Assembly: GCA_964019335.1 (NCBI GenBank)
Contig: OZ025662.1
Coordinates: 310,001 to 374,000, forward strand
Reading direction: 5' to 3'
Source of the DNA: Diplonema japonicum
Taxonomy: Eukaryota > Protista > Euglenozoa: Diplonemea
Length of the DNA: 64,000 nt
Within the stretch, counting starts at the first letter, position 1. Each line of letters starts with the position of its first letter. Shown here piece after piece: positions 11,912 to 22,658 of this stretch. The notes beneath the pieces are model-generated. The model was not told where the DNA came from and did not search any database. It was given only the letters and a program-made list of their open reading frames with translations. The position numbers and the translations under genes were made by a program.

Positions 11912-12808
11912 ATGGCAGCTGCATTGCAAGCAGGGGCATCGCTGCCCGAGGAGCTCAGGTACATCCCTGGTCATGCTGCGAGGGTAGTTACAATCGATGA
12001 CTTTGAACTTGGAAAGCAGCTAGGGGAGGGGAAGTACGGGTACGTCTTCGCCGCGAGAGACAAGAAGACGAATGCCATCGTCGCTCTGAAGAGGATGCCG
12101 ATCAGCGCCATCGTGAAGGACAGGCTGAGCTGCCAGGTGCTCAGGGAGCTGGAGATCATGCAAGCCTTGCAACACCCGAACATCTTGCGAATGTACACCT
12201 ACTTCGTCGACAAGGAGTACATCAATCTTGTCGTGGAGTACGCACCCCTTGGCGATGTGTGGAATGTGCTGCTTCAAGAAAAACGATTTTCTTTGAAAAA
12301 AACAGCTAGGCTAGTCGCACAACTGACCGAAGCTTGCAGCTACGCCCACAAGCACGGTGTTGTCCACAGAGACATCAAACCGGAGAACCTTCTTCTTGAT
12401 GCGAACAAAAATCTCAAACTCGCCGACTTCGGGTGGTCAGCCTTCATCAGGAAGGGTGACGATAAGAGGAAAACATACTGTGGCACCCCCGACTACATCC
12501 CCCCTGAGATGGAGTCCCACACAAGGTACGACTTCACAGTGGACCACTGGTGTATTGGTGTATTCGCTTATGAGTGCCTCTTCGGGAAGCCACCCTTCGA
12601 GGCCAGCGATGATATTGTCCGTGCCAAGAAGATCCTCGCACAGGAGTACTCGTTCCCCCCCAAGCCTGTCCTCCCAGAGGAGGCCTACGACCTTATCCGC
12701 AACCTCCTCATCGGTGACCCGAAGAAGAGAATGTCCCTTGACGACATCTTGTCACACCCCTTCATTGTCAAGTACTACCAGCCCCCCAATGCAGTGGGGG
12801 TTCCTTGA
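11912..12808 (+). CDS. Aurora-family Ser/Thr kinase, copy 2 (tandem paralogue)
   Basis: FELGKQLGEGKYG, HRDIKPEN, DFGWS, RKTYCGTPDYIPPEM. Confidence 0.92.
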   Translation: MAAALQAGASLPEELRYIPGHAARVVTIDDFELGKQLGEGKYGYVFAARDKKTNAIVALKRMPISAIVKDRLSCQVLRELEIMQALQHPNILRMYTYFVDKEYINLVVEYAPLGDVWNVLLQEKRFSLKKTARLVAQLTEACSYAHKHGVVHRDIKPENLLLDANKNLKLADFGWSAFIRKGDDKRKTYCGTPDYIPPEMESHTRYDFTVDHWCIGVFAYECLFGKPPFEASDDIVRAKKILAQEYSFPPKPVLPEEAYDLIRNLLIGDPKKRMSLDDILSHPFIVKYYQPPNAVGVP

Positions 12809-13146
12809 AAAACTTAACTTCGGTTTTTTTTGTTTTTGTTTTTTCATGTTAAAAAAAAGAAAAGAAGAAGAAGAAAGAAGAAACTAAACTTTTTTGCCTC
12901 TTTTTTTTTTGTTTTTCCCTCCTCGTTCGTTTTTTTCTTCTTCTTTTCTTTACTTTTTCTATAAGATTATATTAATTTACCTGCGTTGAGAGCGCAGTTT
13001 GTTTTCACTCCTTCCCCCCCCTCCTCCTGTTTCAATTAGACCACTTCCCTTTCACCACCTTATTTTCTCCTTTATCGTAGATCCCATTTATTGCTGTATT
13101 TTTTTTGTCGTCCTATTTCGGGAACAATCGGTAACACCCAGGCCTG

Positions 13147-15315
13147 ATGTTGAGATATGGAATAGGTGTGTGTAGGAGGTGGGGGCATCAGAGGCTAGAG
13201 GTAACTGATGGGTTGCATTTGGTGGTGGTGGATGGGGTGAAGGTGCATGGGAACAGGAGGCACCCCAACGGCGCATTGTGCGCAGCCATGACGACAGACG
13301 GGCTGCGTGCTGGGAGCCAGCACGAGATTAGCTGGCTGGTGGAGTACCCCTTCCCGAAGAAGGGGGTAATACCAAAGGTGGTGACTAACGTGATGAGATT
13401 TGTGAAAGATATGAACAGCAAGGGTGTCTTCATCAGACCAGGCGACCTACTGGATGTCAACAATGAACTCGCGGTCTCCTCGTTCGGCAGTGTCAACGAC
13501 GAAACAAAGGCCATCGGCTTCGTATCTCCGCCAAAACACGATCAGTATTGGATGGGCGACCATGAGTTCCGCATCCCCCCATACCCTACCATGATAGCAA
13601 CGGTTCTATCACAAGGTGAACGGTCTGTCGCGGGTTTGACGGGTGGGTTGTCACGGGTACAAAGCGCTCAAATGGGTTTTTGGAACTACGCCCCGTCCCT
13701 CCCTTTTGTCCCGTATCAAAGAATGCCCGGAACCATTCACGATTTATCCACGCTGTCTCCGGAGCTTGGCGGGGACTTATCGATACATGATGGTTTGGTC
13801 AAAGCCGCAACATTGCAAGGTTCTGTCCGTCTAAACTCAAGTACAACTATTCTCAAAAACAATATTGTAACAGTGACGATTCCTTCAGGCGTCTCCGACC
13901 TCGTTCACGAAGCGCTGGCGAACACAGCCGCGCAGCGAACGGATCAAACGGTTGCCCTCATCACAGACATCACCCCGATCGACGGTGGTGAATCGCTGTA
14001 CATACCAAGCGACGGGGGACCGTCACCATCAGGGATAGACGCCCTTTTAACAATACCCTTCAACCCAACTGTTCAACGAAGCAAGGAAGCAGGTGCCGTC
14101 ACGTCTGCAGGGGTTGTTCTCGCATATTTCCCCGACGAGTCGCACATCGATGCGCTGGATGTTTACGACAATGAGAAAACTGTTCTGTCCGACGGCGATG
14201 GTTGCGATGTCAGTATCGACGCCACCCAACCTGATTTGTTCACCGTTAAGCTGAAGCAGAGATCGTGGATGCGGCTGCTCGACAGTTTCAAGGCGAAAAA
14301 GGGTCTCATTATTCCCGCCGTGCACTCGAACGGGTTACATTTCGAGATAAAATGGACCACAGGAGAGCACATCGAGCTCTACCAAGAACAAACCGAGCTT
14401 TCAAGCAAGCTGTTTCAAAAGATGCGGGGGGAAGGCTTCGAGGCCTTCGGAGAAACTGTTCCGCAGAACGGCGGCAACGATGAAAATAACACAAGCGAGT
14501 TGTTGGACATGAAAAGCGAGGGAGGGAAGAGAGTTTTGGTCAGTGCGGGGGACGTCACGTCCCTGCCAGAGAACGACAAGCAGAAAATACGTATCGCAGG
14601 TGGCGGTTCAGCGGTCTCATCAGCAATGGGAGACTTGAAGGCACCAATGACTTCCTCCCAATATGACCAGTACACACGGGAGCTGAACGACCACAAGCTC
14701 CTCGCAAAAGAAATACAAAACACAATGAACACAAGGAGCAAGCAGACGTTGGAAGGCAACGTCATCAGAATTGTGTGGAGCTTTGACGATAAAAACCCGG
14801 CGGAGGAAAAAAGGCTGAACGAAGAGATCACCGCCACCGCCCATGCCTGGTCCCGATGGAAAACTCAGCTTGTGTCGAAAATCATGTTCTTCTTAGAAAG
14901 TAATTTGCAGCAACTCAATCTACCTGATAACGGGGACCTCTCGCCCAACCTCTGCGTCAGGGTGCTGAGCAGAGAGGAGACATCGGAGCCCGTTCCTGTG
15001 TATGGGATCCTCATCAAGGACGATATCTTCCCGCAGCCTCTTACCTCGCCGCTCCTATCGGAGATCACTTCGGACCCTCTATTTGAGGATTGCCCTTTGT
15101 CTTTCTCTTTCGATTTATTTTTGAACATTGCACGCAGAGGAGCCTATTCCAACGCCCGTCTCCGCACCCGGAACTGGGTAGACTTGGAAAAGCACTACCA
15201 AGACCTGTCCTCTGAGGCAGCAGCACGCCTTGCGTCGCTCGAGGCAGATCACAGAAAACTCGCCGAACGCGAAGCAGAGCTTATCAAACGAGAGCAGTTG
15301 CTTAAAGATAAGTAG
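13147..15315 (+). CDS. Uncharacterised 722-aa protein, possibly with a SARA/endofin C-terminal (DUF3480)-like domain
   Basis: Long intronless ORF. TTDGLRAGSQHEISWLV and PPYPTMIATVLSQGE resemble SARA C-terminal motifs. MLR.. N-terminus resembles a mitochondrial presequence. Confidence 0.6.
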   Translation: MLRYGIGVCRRWGHQRLEVTDGLHLVVVDGVKVHGNRRHPNGALCAAMTTDGLRAGSQHEISWLVEYPFPKKGVIPKVVTNVMRFVKDMNSKGVFIRPGDLLDVNNELAVSSFGSVNDETKAIGFVSPPKHDQYWMGDHEFRIPPYPTMIATVLSQGERSVAGLTGGLSRVQSAQMGFWNYAPSLPFVPYQRMPGTIHDLSTLSPELGGDLSIHDGLVKAATLQGSVRLNSSTTILKNNIVTVTIPSGVSDLVHEALANTAAQRTDQTVALITDITPIDGGESLYIPSDGGPSPSGIDALLTIPFNPTVQRSKEAGAVTSAGVVLAYFPDESHIDALDVYDNEKTVLSDGDGCDVSIDATQPDLFTVKLKQRSWMRLLDSFKAKKGLIIPAVHSNGLHFEIKWTTGEHIELYQEQTELSSKLFQKMRGEGFEAFGETVPQNGGNDENNTSELLDMKSEGGKRVLVSAGDVTSLPENDKQKIRIAGGGSAVSSAMGDLKAPMTSSQYDQYTRELNDHKLLAKEIQNTMNTRSKQTLEGNVIRIVWSFDDKNPAEEKRLNEEITATAHAWSRWKTQLVSKIMFFLESNLQQLNLPDNGDLSPNLCVRVLSREETSEPVPVYGILIKDDIFPQPLTSPLLSEITSDPLFEDCPLSFSFDLFLNIARRGAYSNARLRTRNWVDLEKHYQDLSSEAAARLASLEADHRKLAEREAELIKREQLLKDK

Positions 15316-15417
15316 TTCTTCATTCTTCCTTCTACCTGCGGTAGTACTTTTTTTTTTTTCCTTCTTTCCCCCCCTTTCTTTGTTCTGTGAACAGCCAAGT
15401 AGAAGGGGGATGGTAAT

Positions 15418-17254
15418 ATGTCGGGTGACGATGCAAATTCAGTACCACCCTTAGGGATAACGAATATCCAGCAGCCACTCATGTCAAGCATACCTCAGAC
15501 AGGTATCTCCTCTCTTCCCTTCACCTTGCCGGGCACAAATATGGTCCAAGCGTCGGCCAACTTCCAAGCACCGTTCTATAGCGGCTTTGCAGGTGGTGTG
15601 ATGATGCCCCACTCGCAGCTCATGTCGGGTGTGAACAGCAACTTCCAGCACCCACAACACGGGCATCACCACCAACAGTACCTCCACCAGCACCAACACC
15701 ACCAACAACACCAGCAGCACCACCTCCAACAGATGACCGCGCAGCAACAACATCAACACCACCACCAGCACCACCAGCAGCATCGGCACCAACACCAGCA
15801 CCAACAGTCCCAGCAGTCGGTGCACCAGCACCAACAGCAGCAGCACCCGCAAACACAGCCACAGCAGCAACAGCACCAGCATCAGCAACAGCAGCAGGTC
15901 GTAGCCGAGCAACAACAACAGACCCAGCAACAGCTCAGTGCCAAGAAAGCCCAAGAGGTACGCGGAAGCCAGCAAGCGCTAACACAGGCACAGAGCTCTC
16001 CTAAGGGCGACTGGGTTGCCTACACAGACACGACCACCAACAAGAAGTACTACTACAACGTGCGCACCAAAGCTAAGCAGTGGGAGAAACCTGTCGACTT
16101 CGTTGAACAAGAGGACAAGTGCGACTGGCAGGTGTACGAGGTATGCTCACAACAGCTGCACAACCACTGCACAGGACCCGAAGACAAAGAAGCCCTTCTA
16201 CTACAACACAGTGTCGACTGCTAAGCAGTGGGAGTGCCCACCGGAGTACACGGCGTACATGGAGGGCAAGGAAAGACGGTTGAAGGAGGAAAGAGAGCAG
16301 ATAGAACAGAAGGAAGCTTTAAGGCAGAGGGAGCTTGAAGAGCAGCAGAAGAGGATACAGCAGCAGCTGTCGCTGCAGAAGAAGGCGGAGGACAAGGTCG
16401 ACATCGTTGAAGCGGCGACAGCGCAGTACCAGAGAGGGGACTTTGGGAAGAGCAGGCCCAGCTTGCAAGACAGATACGCGGACTTGCCAGAGGAGAAGGC
16501 TGCATGGGACAATGCGAGGGGGATCCAGCTGGAAGACCAGCAGCAACAACAACAGCAGCAGCAACCGCGGCAGCAGCAGCAACCATCTCCCTCCACGAAG
16601 CACGAAGACCGTGGCTTCGACGTCTCTTCCCTCCTCCAGCCGAAGCTCAAAGCGGCCCCCTCTGGTTACGACACCAAAGAGCCTACCTCTACATCTCCCA
16701 ATATCTCAGAGCTCCTCCACTATGAGAGGCAGCGCACCCAACGACGGGAGGAGCGCCGTGCAGAAGACAGAGAGGACCCACACCTTGAGAAGCAGCTGAG
16801 CAGAGAAGAAGTGCGACGACAGGAGAGAAGCAAGTATGCTAGCACCCTGCGTGGGGAAATAAAATTCAAAAAAACAGGTACCAAGAAAACCGCAATGAAA
16901 GGTGGCAAGACGGAAACCTGTTCAAAGGCGTGAGGAACGAAATGAGGCATGACCACAAGGAGGCTTGGAAGGACGAGGAAGGGAGGGAACTGGCGATGGA
17001 CGAGAGGAACAAGGCGAGGGAAAAGGAGAGGTCGGAGTGGTGGGAGAGCAACAAGTCAGTGGTGAAGCAGAAGGAAGGAGAGAAGGAGAAGGAGAAGGTG
17101 AAGGTGAAGATCGCGGCAAAGGCACCGCTACCCATCCACGTGGTGTGTGAGGTGAACAGCAACAACAGCAACACTACAGGAAATCAACGATGAGATCGAA
17201 ATGGTGAAAAGCATCGGGAACAAAGCCCAAGTGGGGGACATAGGCTGGGTATCC

Positions 17255-17290
<36 letters not shown>

Positions 17291-17920
17291 AAAAAAAATC
17301 TAAAGGTGATCGCCTACCATCCCAACAACACCGTTGATCTCGAACTGGCGTCGGGGGCCAAACTGTTGAAGATGGGTCTCAACTTCATCCAACACCACAG
17401 AAAACAAGGGGCAAAGCCTGCGCCTGCAGCGTCTAGTACAGCAAGCGTCAGGAAAGTGGTTGTGAAGCAATCTTCTGGACCGCAAAACCCATCGTCCAGC
17501 CTACCCCCGGCGCAGTTCTACAAGGGTGACTATGTGGTGTTGACAAGAAGGGTCAGGGAAACGGCAGCTGGTGAGAGGGGTAAGGTCGTTGATATTTTTG
17601 CTGATGGAAAGATAAAGGTATGTAGAAAAAAAAAAGAAGAAGAAAAATAATAATAACTAAATAAGGTAAGCCTGACGGATGGCGTGAAGCTCGTTGTATT
17701 TGCGCAAGATCTCGAGAAGGGGTCAAAGAAGCAAATTGTCCGTTCAGTTCCGGCATCTAAGAACCATGGGGCCGCGCCAAGCCGTGGTGACGGGAACCTA
17801 AAGGGACAGAGGCCAAATGGTGGTAACGCTGGCAAGGGTGGAGCCACCAAGACGAAAGTAAGCCAAAATAACACTTCGGCACCTCAGAAGGCAAAGATGA
17901 CGATTAAGGTTAAGAATTAG
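15418..17920 (+). CDS. Gln/His-rich protein with two WW domains and two KOW/SH3-like C-terminal modules
   Basis: WW1 DWVAY..KYYYN..QWEKP; WW2 DWQVYE|DPKTKKPFYYN..QWECP. Introns 16141-16174, 16834-16877, 17143-17179, 17249-17305 and 17618-17665 link five track ORFs in frame. Confidence 0.75.
15655..15930 (+). repeat. Coding CAR/CAC trinucleotide tract (poly-Q/H)
   Basis: Near-continuous CAG/CAA/CAC codons. Confidence 0.9.
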
Positions 17921-18404
17921 GATGAATTTTGCTCCAAAAAAGAAAGAAAAAAAAAGTGTGGGATGTAAAAGATGTTCTAATACCCCCCCCCCTCCCTTCT
18001 CTTACCTTCCCCCCCCCCCCTCTTAATTTAACCCCCTCATAATTTTTTTCTTTTAAAATGCAGTCCGTTATCGAACTGGTTTTTTTTTTTTTTTTTTTTA
18101 TCTCTTTCCCCCCACCACCACCACTGAAATCAGTAAAAGAAGAGGAATGGTAAGGAAAGGACCCTCCAAAGGAAAAAAAGGAAACGAGGAAAAAAAAAAT
18201 AAGAAAGAAATTTTAAGTATCCCCATAGAGAGTGTCTACTTCACAAATTGGCACAAGTGGTACCGGTGTTTATGAACAAGAAACCACTAACAGAAAGAAA
18301 AAGGAAAAAAAAAAAAAGTGTTTTGTGTTTTTATCCCCATTCCCAAAAGAACTCTTTTCTTCTTTTTTTTGTTTGCAGGTCGGGTATTTGAAAAAGAGGT
18401 TCTT

Positions 18405-18444
<40 letters not shown>

Positions 18445-18649
18445 CGCAGAATCTGACAAGGAAAAAAAAAAAAAAAAAAAGAAATAAATGGATTGCCTCA
18501 TATGTCCTCTCCTTCATGCAGGGTCTTATATTTTCTTTTTCTTTTTTTCTTTTTATTTAACTCCACCAAAATTTTCATGGGTGGGAGTGAAAATAAGAAT
18601 TCACTTTATTTCACTCCTGACTTTATTTTCACGCTCCGGCTTCTAAAAG

Positions 18650-18723
18650 AAATTAGGCCCAGGAGTGAAAAAATTCTGATAGCGTTAAAATAAGAAATAT
18701 TATTTCACTCCTGGGCCTAATTT
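18650..18723. repeat. Perfect 21-bp inverted repeat, 32-nt spacer
   Basis: AAATTAGGCCCAGGAGTGAAA (18650-18670) / TTTCACTCCTGGGCCTAATTT (18703-18723). Confidence 0.95.
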
Positions 18724-18759
18724 AAGCAAAACCCTCCAAAAAGTCCTACCAAGGTTCCT

Positions 18760-19200
18760 TTGGCCCCCTTCCAAGAGTCATACGAAAAGGAGTGGGCACG
18801 CTTTTGTGTGTTTCATAATTATAGGAAGGAAAAGAAGGGCCCGTCCGAAAGAAGAGGATTCTATTCTTTATTTCAGCGACATGAACAAGCAAGGCCTGCT
18901 GCCAGTTCAGTCCGGGCGGCTTATTCAAGGCTAGACTCGGTTGTGAAGAGGAATTACAACAAGCAGTTGCACGACCACCCCCGACTAAAGGTCCCCCTCA
19001 AGAGGTTCCAAGAAGGCAAGTCAACAAAAAAGGCGAACATCTTTGCCCAAGAGCAAATAACAGAATTCTTTAGCACCGAGGTATGGCATCGTCCGCCACG
19101 CTTATGCAGCGTTGATGTGCGCTACCGAGGCACATATCCGACACCTGTTGCAATTGGTACCACCTGTACCTCCCACCCACTCAAATTTTGCTGTCGTTAA
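18760..19200 (+). pseudogene. Truncated tyrosine-recombinase N-terminal (core-binding) fragment
   Basis: SYEKEWARFC..AASSVRAAYSRLDSVVK..PRLKVPLKRFQEGKSTKKANIFAQEQITEFF resembles the Crypton/phage-integrase SAM-like region. No proper ATG; no R-K-H-R-H-Y catalytic domain. Confidence 0.6.
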
Positions 19201-19385
19201 ATAAAATATCGTATTTGTGAATATAAGATTGATGATTTCACTTGTGGTGGCAGTTTTGACTCGTAAAACGTTATAACACTCGCTTCGCTCGTGATATAAC
19301 CGTCATTACTTCACTCGTCAAAAGCACTGCCACCACGCGTGAAATCATAGGATCTTATATTCACTAAATAAATAGTTATTTTATT
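19200..19385. repeat. Long imperfect inverted repeat (hairpin)
   Basis: Arms GTGAATATAAGAT/ATCTTATATTCAC, ATGATTTCAC/GTGAAATCAT, GTGGTGGCAGT/ACTGCCACCAC, TTTGAC/GTCAAA; apex CACTCGCTTCGCTCGTG. Confidence 0.93.
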
Positions 19386-19750
19386 CACTCGTAGTTTTTT
19401 TTTTTTTTTTTTTTTTTTTAATCCTTCAAAATTTTTCTTCTTAGCAATTTTTTTTTTTCTCTCTGCTCCTCTCACTTCTTTGCTCGAGCAGGAGGGGAAA
19501 AACCCTGATGGAAAAAAAAAAAAAGAAACAAAACAACGACAAAATTTTGAAGATTACTTGATTATTTTGCAGGACGTCAGGAACACTGGCCTCATGTATC
19601 CCTTTATATTATTTCTTTTTCAGGTTCCCTTCAAAGACACGTATTTATATTTTTTTTTGTTTGCCTCTTTTTTTTTTTTTTTTTTTTTTTTTAAACTTTG
19701 GAAAACACATTGGGTAACACCAAAAAAAAAAAAAAAAAAAAAAAGGGAAA

Positions 19751-22543
19751 ATGTCTCATAAACTACGGAAGGCATCGACACCATGGCTCGGGGGAGCATC
19801 ATCACACGCAAGGCAAAAGCCAAGGGCGCAGCTGTTGACCAGCAGCTTGGGTCGGAAAACAGTAAAACCGTTTACAGTCATGTTTTCTAAAAAGCACTTC
19901 GAAGGGGCAAACTACTGCATCAATCGCCACGGCATCGAACCCATGCCCGTCGTCTTCAACACAGGAGTGGTAGAAAAGCTCCCCAGCACCGTGAAGACCG
20001 AAATCGGAAAAGCAGAGATTCAACAAGCCGACGAGAATGAAGTTATGGATTGGTTATGGCTGAGAAACTTCCCTAGCGCGTACAGACTAAAGAAAACCGT
20101 TTCGAAAAATAAAAAAAAACAGTCGCAAACATGGGAACCCAGCAACCCCATCTCAGAAGGCGCGCTCTCCAAAGCACGAGCGATACGATACCAACACTTT
20201 CTTACGAAGGTGAAAACTTGGCGAGCATCGCATACCTATAAACAGCTTTGGGACAATTTTCTGGCAAAGCTTCCGATCAATCGTGAAACGAACGTGCCCA
20301 GCCTGTCGTCAAGGGTGTCTTTTATCGCTGGTGAGACGGGCAGCGGGAAGTCCACCCAGATACCGCAAATCATCCTCGACGAAGTCCTTAACAACAACAC
20401 CTTCACCAAAGTGATCGTAACCCAGCCCCGTCGCATCGCAGCAACTTCACTTGCAGCGCGTGTTGCAAAGGAACGCGGGGAAGACATCGGCGAGACAATT
20501 GGCTATCATGTGTCATTGGACAAGGTGCTGCCAAGCAGCCCATGCCACGTGCTGTTCTGCACAACAGGCGTCGCGGTGCGACGTATCTCGTCAGGGCAGG
20601 ACCTCAGTGACACACATATTATCATCGACGAGGTGCATGAAACTACTATTGAGAATGATCATCTCCTGTACCTTGTCAGGGAGGCCCTTCACACCACCCC
20701 CTCCTTGAAGGTCACGTTGATGTCGGCTACAATTAGTTTCGACCCGTACTTAAGATACTTTGCCGCTTTCTCGCCCGCCACGGATGTCTTCCCGTCCCGC
20801 CTCCACCCTGTCACCGAGCACTATCTCTGTGACCCGTCCCTCGCTGCGCTGGATTTAACCTTCACCAAAGCTGCGTACGAGCTCCCCGCACCTCCCATGG
20901 ACGATGTTGTTACCGTCCTCAAGTGGCTCATCGACCAGCCTGGTAACAGCGGTTCTGTCCTTGTCTTCCTGCCCGGGATTTCCGAGATTAGCGGTGTCGC
21001 GAAAATGCTTGAGAAGGAGTGTCCCGGCCTTTACCCTGTGAGGTTGTACTCGTCGGCACCGAAACAGGTGTTCGAAAAGGCCTTCAGCCTGCCCCCAACA
21101 GGGCTGCGCAAGGTCATCCTCACCACCAACGTGGCGGAGTCTAGCATCACGATTCCCGATGTGACGGCAGTGCTGAACACGTGTCTCGTGAACGAGTCCA
21201 GTCAGGACCATAACAGGGGGTCCAGGATCCTGTTGACCACACGGTGCTCAAAGGCAAACAATAAGCAGCGTGCTGGGAGAGCGGGCCGCGTTGCTCCTGG
21301 TATTGTAGTTCAGATGCTCACGAGAAGCCAGGCGCAGGCCCTTCCGGAGTTCTCGACACCTGAGCTGCAGAGGAGCCGGCTCGATGGCGTGGTGCTGTCC
21401 TTGTTCCAGGCCGACCCCCTCCTTGAGGACGTGGGGGGGACTTTGGCAAAGTTTATGAACGCACCAACAACAACATCAGTAGAGGCCGCCATCGAGTCCC
21501 TCATGAATCTGGGCGCGCTGGTTGTAAAAGAAGGCAAGCTTACGATATCGAAGCTCGGGAAGCAGCTGGCCCTTTTGCCTGTAACTCCCGCTCAAGCGAA
21601 ACTTTTGTTACTAGGGTGTGCCATGGGGTGCATCAATCCTGTGCTCACTTTAGTCTCCCTACCTGACAACGGCATGTCCAAGGAGAAGATGGCCATAAAG
21701 GGCCACAGCGAGCAGGTTGCGAAGGCTTTTTCCTTCAGGGACTTGGAGTACCATTCAAGAGGGCGGATGCCGACGAATCTGAAAGGTACAGTGGAGAAGC
21801 GGGCAAAAATAGCACAAGTCTTGAGCCATGCGGGCTTCATCAAGCCTGTGAAGGTGCTGGACACGGGGGTGTTGGACTTCAGTAATGTACCGCAAAACCG
21901 CCACGGGGGGAACGAGGCCGCTGTGAGGGCAGTACTGGCGATGGCGTACTCGGACAACCTGTGCAGGTTTGGGGAGAATCGACAGCTGATGGTGCAGAAC
22001 AACTGCAGTGTAAGATCAGATGTACACGGGGTGGTACAGGGGAGAAGAAACGTGTCAGGTATTTATGAAACCATGCAGCTGCAAGGTGACTCCCAGCGAC
22101 TGTATGGCATCACTGTTCTGAGCCCTCTGATGCTGATGGTGATGAGCCCTCGTGTCACTGCCGTCCAGTATGTCAACGATGCTGACCTCACTGGGGTCAT
22201 AGTGGGCGATTGGTTGGCCTTTGTTTTGCCCACGCTCCATGCGAAGTACGCCCTTGTACTCCACACCATGGTTCAGAAAGCACTGCGTCAGCACTTCATC
22301 CGCAAGTCTACCTTCTCGTACCACGCCACCCAGCACATCATTGACGCCTACCTCGCTCTGCTTTGGGAAGAGTGCCATCCCAACGAGCAGTTTCCTGCGG
22401 CCCCTGTTGCCCCGTACCCTCTGAAGCTGAAACCCAAGCCCCAGCAACCTGCTCACAACGATGAGCCGTCCTTCGACGAGGACGACGACATAGATCAGTG
22501 CGGCGTGTCCTCTATCTTCGAGCCTGACGACGACATGTACTAA
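19751..22543 (+). CDS. DEAH/RHA-box RNA helicase (DHX36/DHX57-like)
   Basis: GETGSGKST, TQPRRIAA, DEVH, MSAT, LVFLPG, TNVAESSITIPDV, QRAGRAGR and an HA2 region. Confidence 0.93.
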   Translation: MSHKLRKASTPWLGGASSHARQKPRAQLLTSSLGRKTVKPFTVMFSKKHFEGANYCINRHGIEPMPVVFNTGVVEKLPSTVKTEIGKAEIQQADENEVMDWLWLRNFPSAYRLKKTVSKNKKKQSQTWEPSNPISEGALSKARAIRYQHFLTKVKTWRASHTYKQLWDNFLAKLPINRETNVPSLSSRVSFIAGETGSGKSTQIPQIILDEVLNNNTFTKVIVTQPRRIAATSLAARVAKERGEDIGETIGYHVSLDKVLPSSPCHVLFCTTGVAVRRISSGQDLSDTHIIIDEVHETTIENDHLLYLVREALHTTPSLKVTLMSATISFDPYLRYFAAFSPATDVFPSRLHPVTEHYLCDPSLAALDLTFTKAAYELPAPPMDDVVTVLKWLIDQPGNSGSVLVFLPGISEISGVAKMLEKECPGLYPVRLYSSAPKQVFEKAFSLPPTGLRKVILTTNVAESSITIPDVTAVLNTCLVNESSQDHNRGSRILLTTRCSKANNKQRAGRAGRVAPGIVVQMLTRSQAQALPEFSTPELQRSRLDGVVLSLFQADPLLEDVGGTLAKFMNAPTTTSVEAAIESLMNLGALVVKEGKLTISKLGKQLALLPVTPAQAKLLLLGCAMGCINPVLTLVSLPDNGMSKEKMAIKGHSEQVAKAFSFRDLEYHSRGRMPTNLKGTVEKRAKIAQVLSHAGFIKPVKVLDTGVLDFSNVPQNRHGGNEAAVRAVLAMAYSDNLCRFGENRQLMVQNNCSVRSDVHGVVQGRRNVSGIYETMQLQGDSQRLYGITVLSPLMLMVMSPRVTAVQYVNDADLTGVIVGDWLAFVLPTLHAKYALVLHTMVQKALRQHFIRKSTFSYHATQHIIDAYLALLWEECHPNEQFPAAPVAPYPLKLKPKPQQPAHNDEPSFDEDDDIDQCGVSSIFEPDDDMY

Positions 22544-22658
22544 GGTGCGTGTCCCGATTGGTTTTATTGTTTTCTAAATTGTTGGCTTTATAACTGTTTG
22601 AACAGGTTTCCAAAAAAAAAAAGAAAAGAAAAAGAAAAACACACTCGTCACAAAGAGC

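Larger units (their letters stand above)
18552..19391 (+). mobile_element. Decayed Crypton-like (tyrosine recombinase) DNA element
   Basis: Left end has a perfect 21-bp inverted repeat and repeated GGAGTGAAA/TTTCACTCC motifs; right end has a ~185-nt hairpin; between them is a recombinase core-binding-like ORF fragment. Boundaries approximate. Confidence 0.65.
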
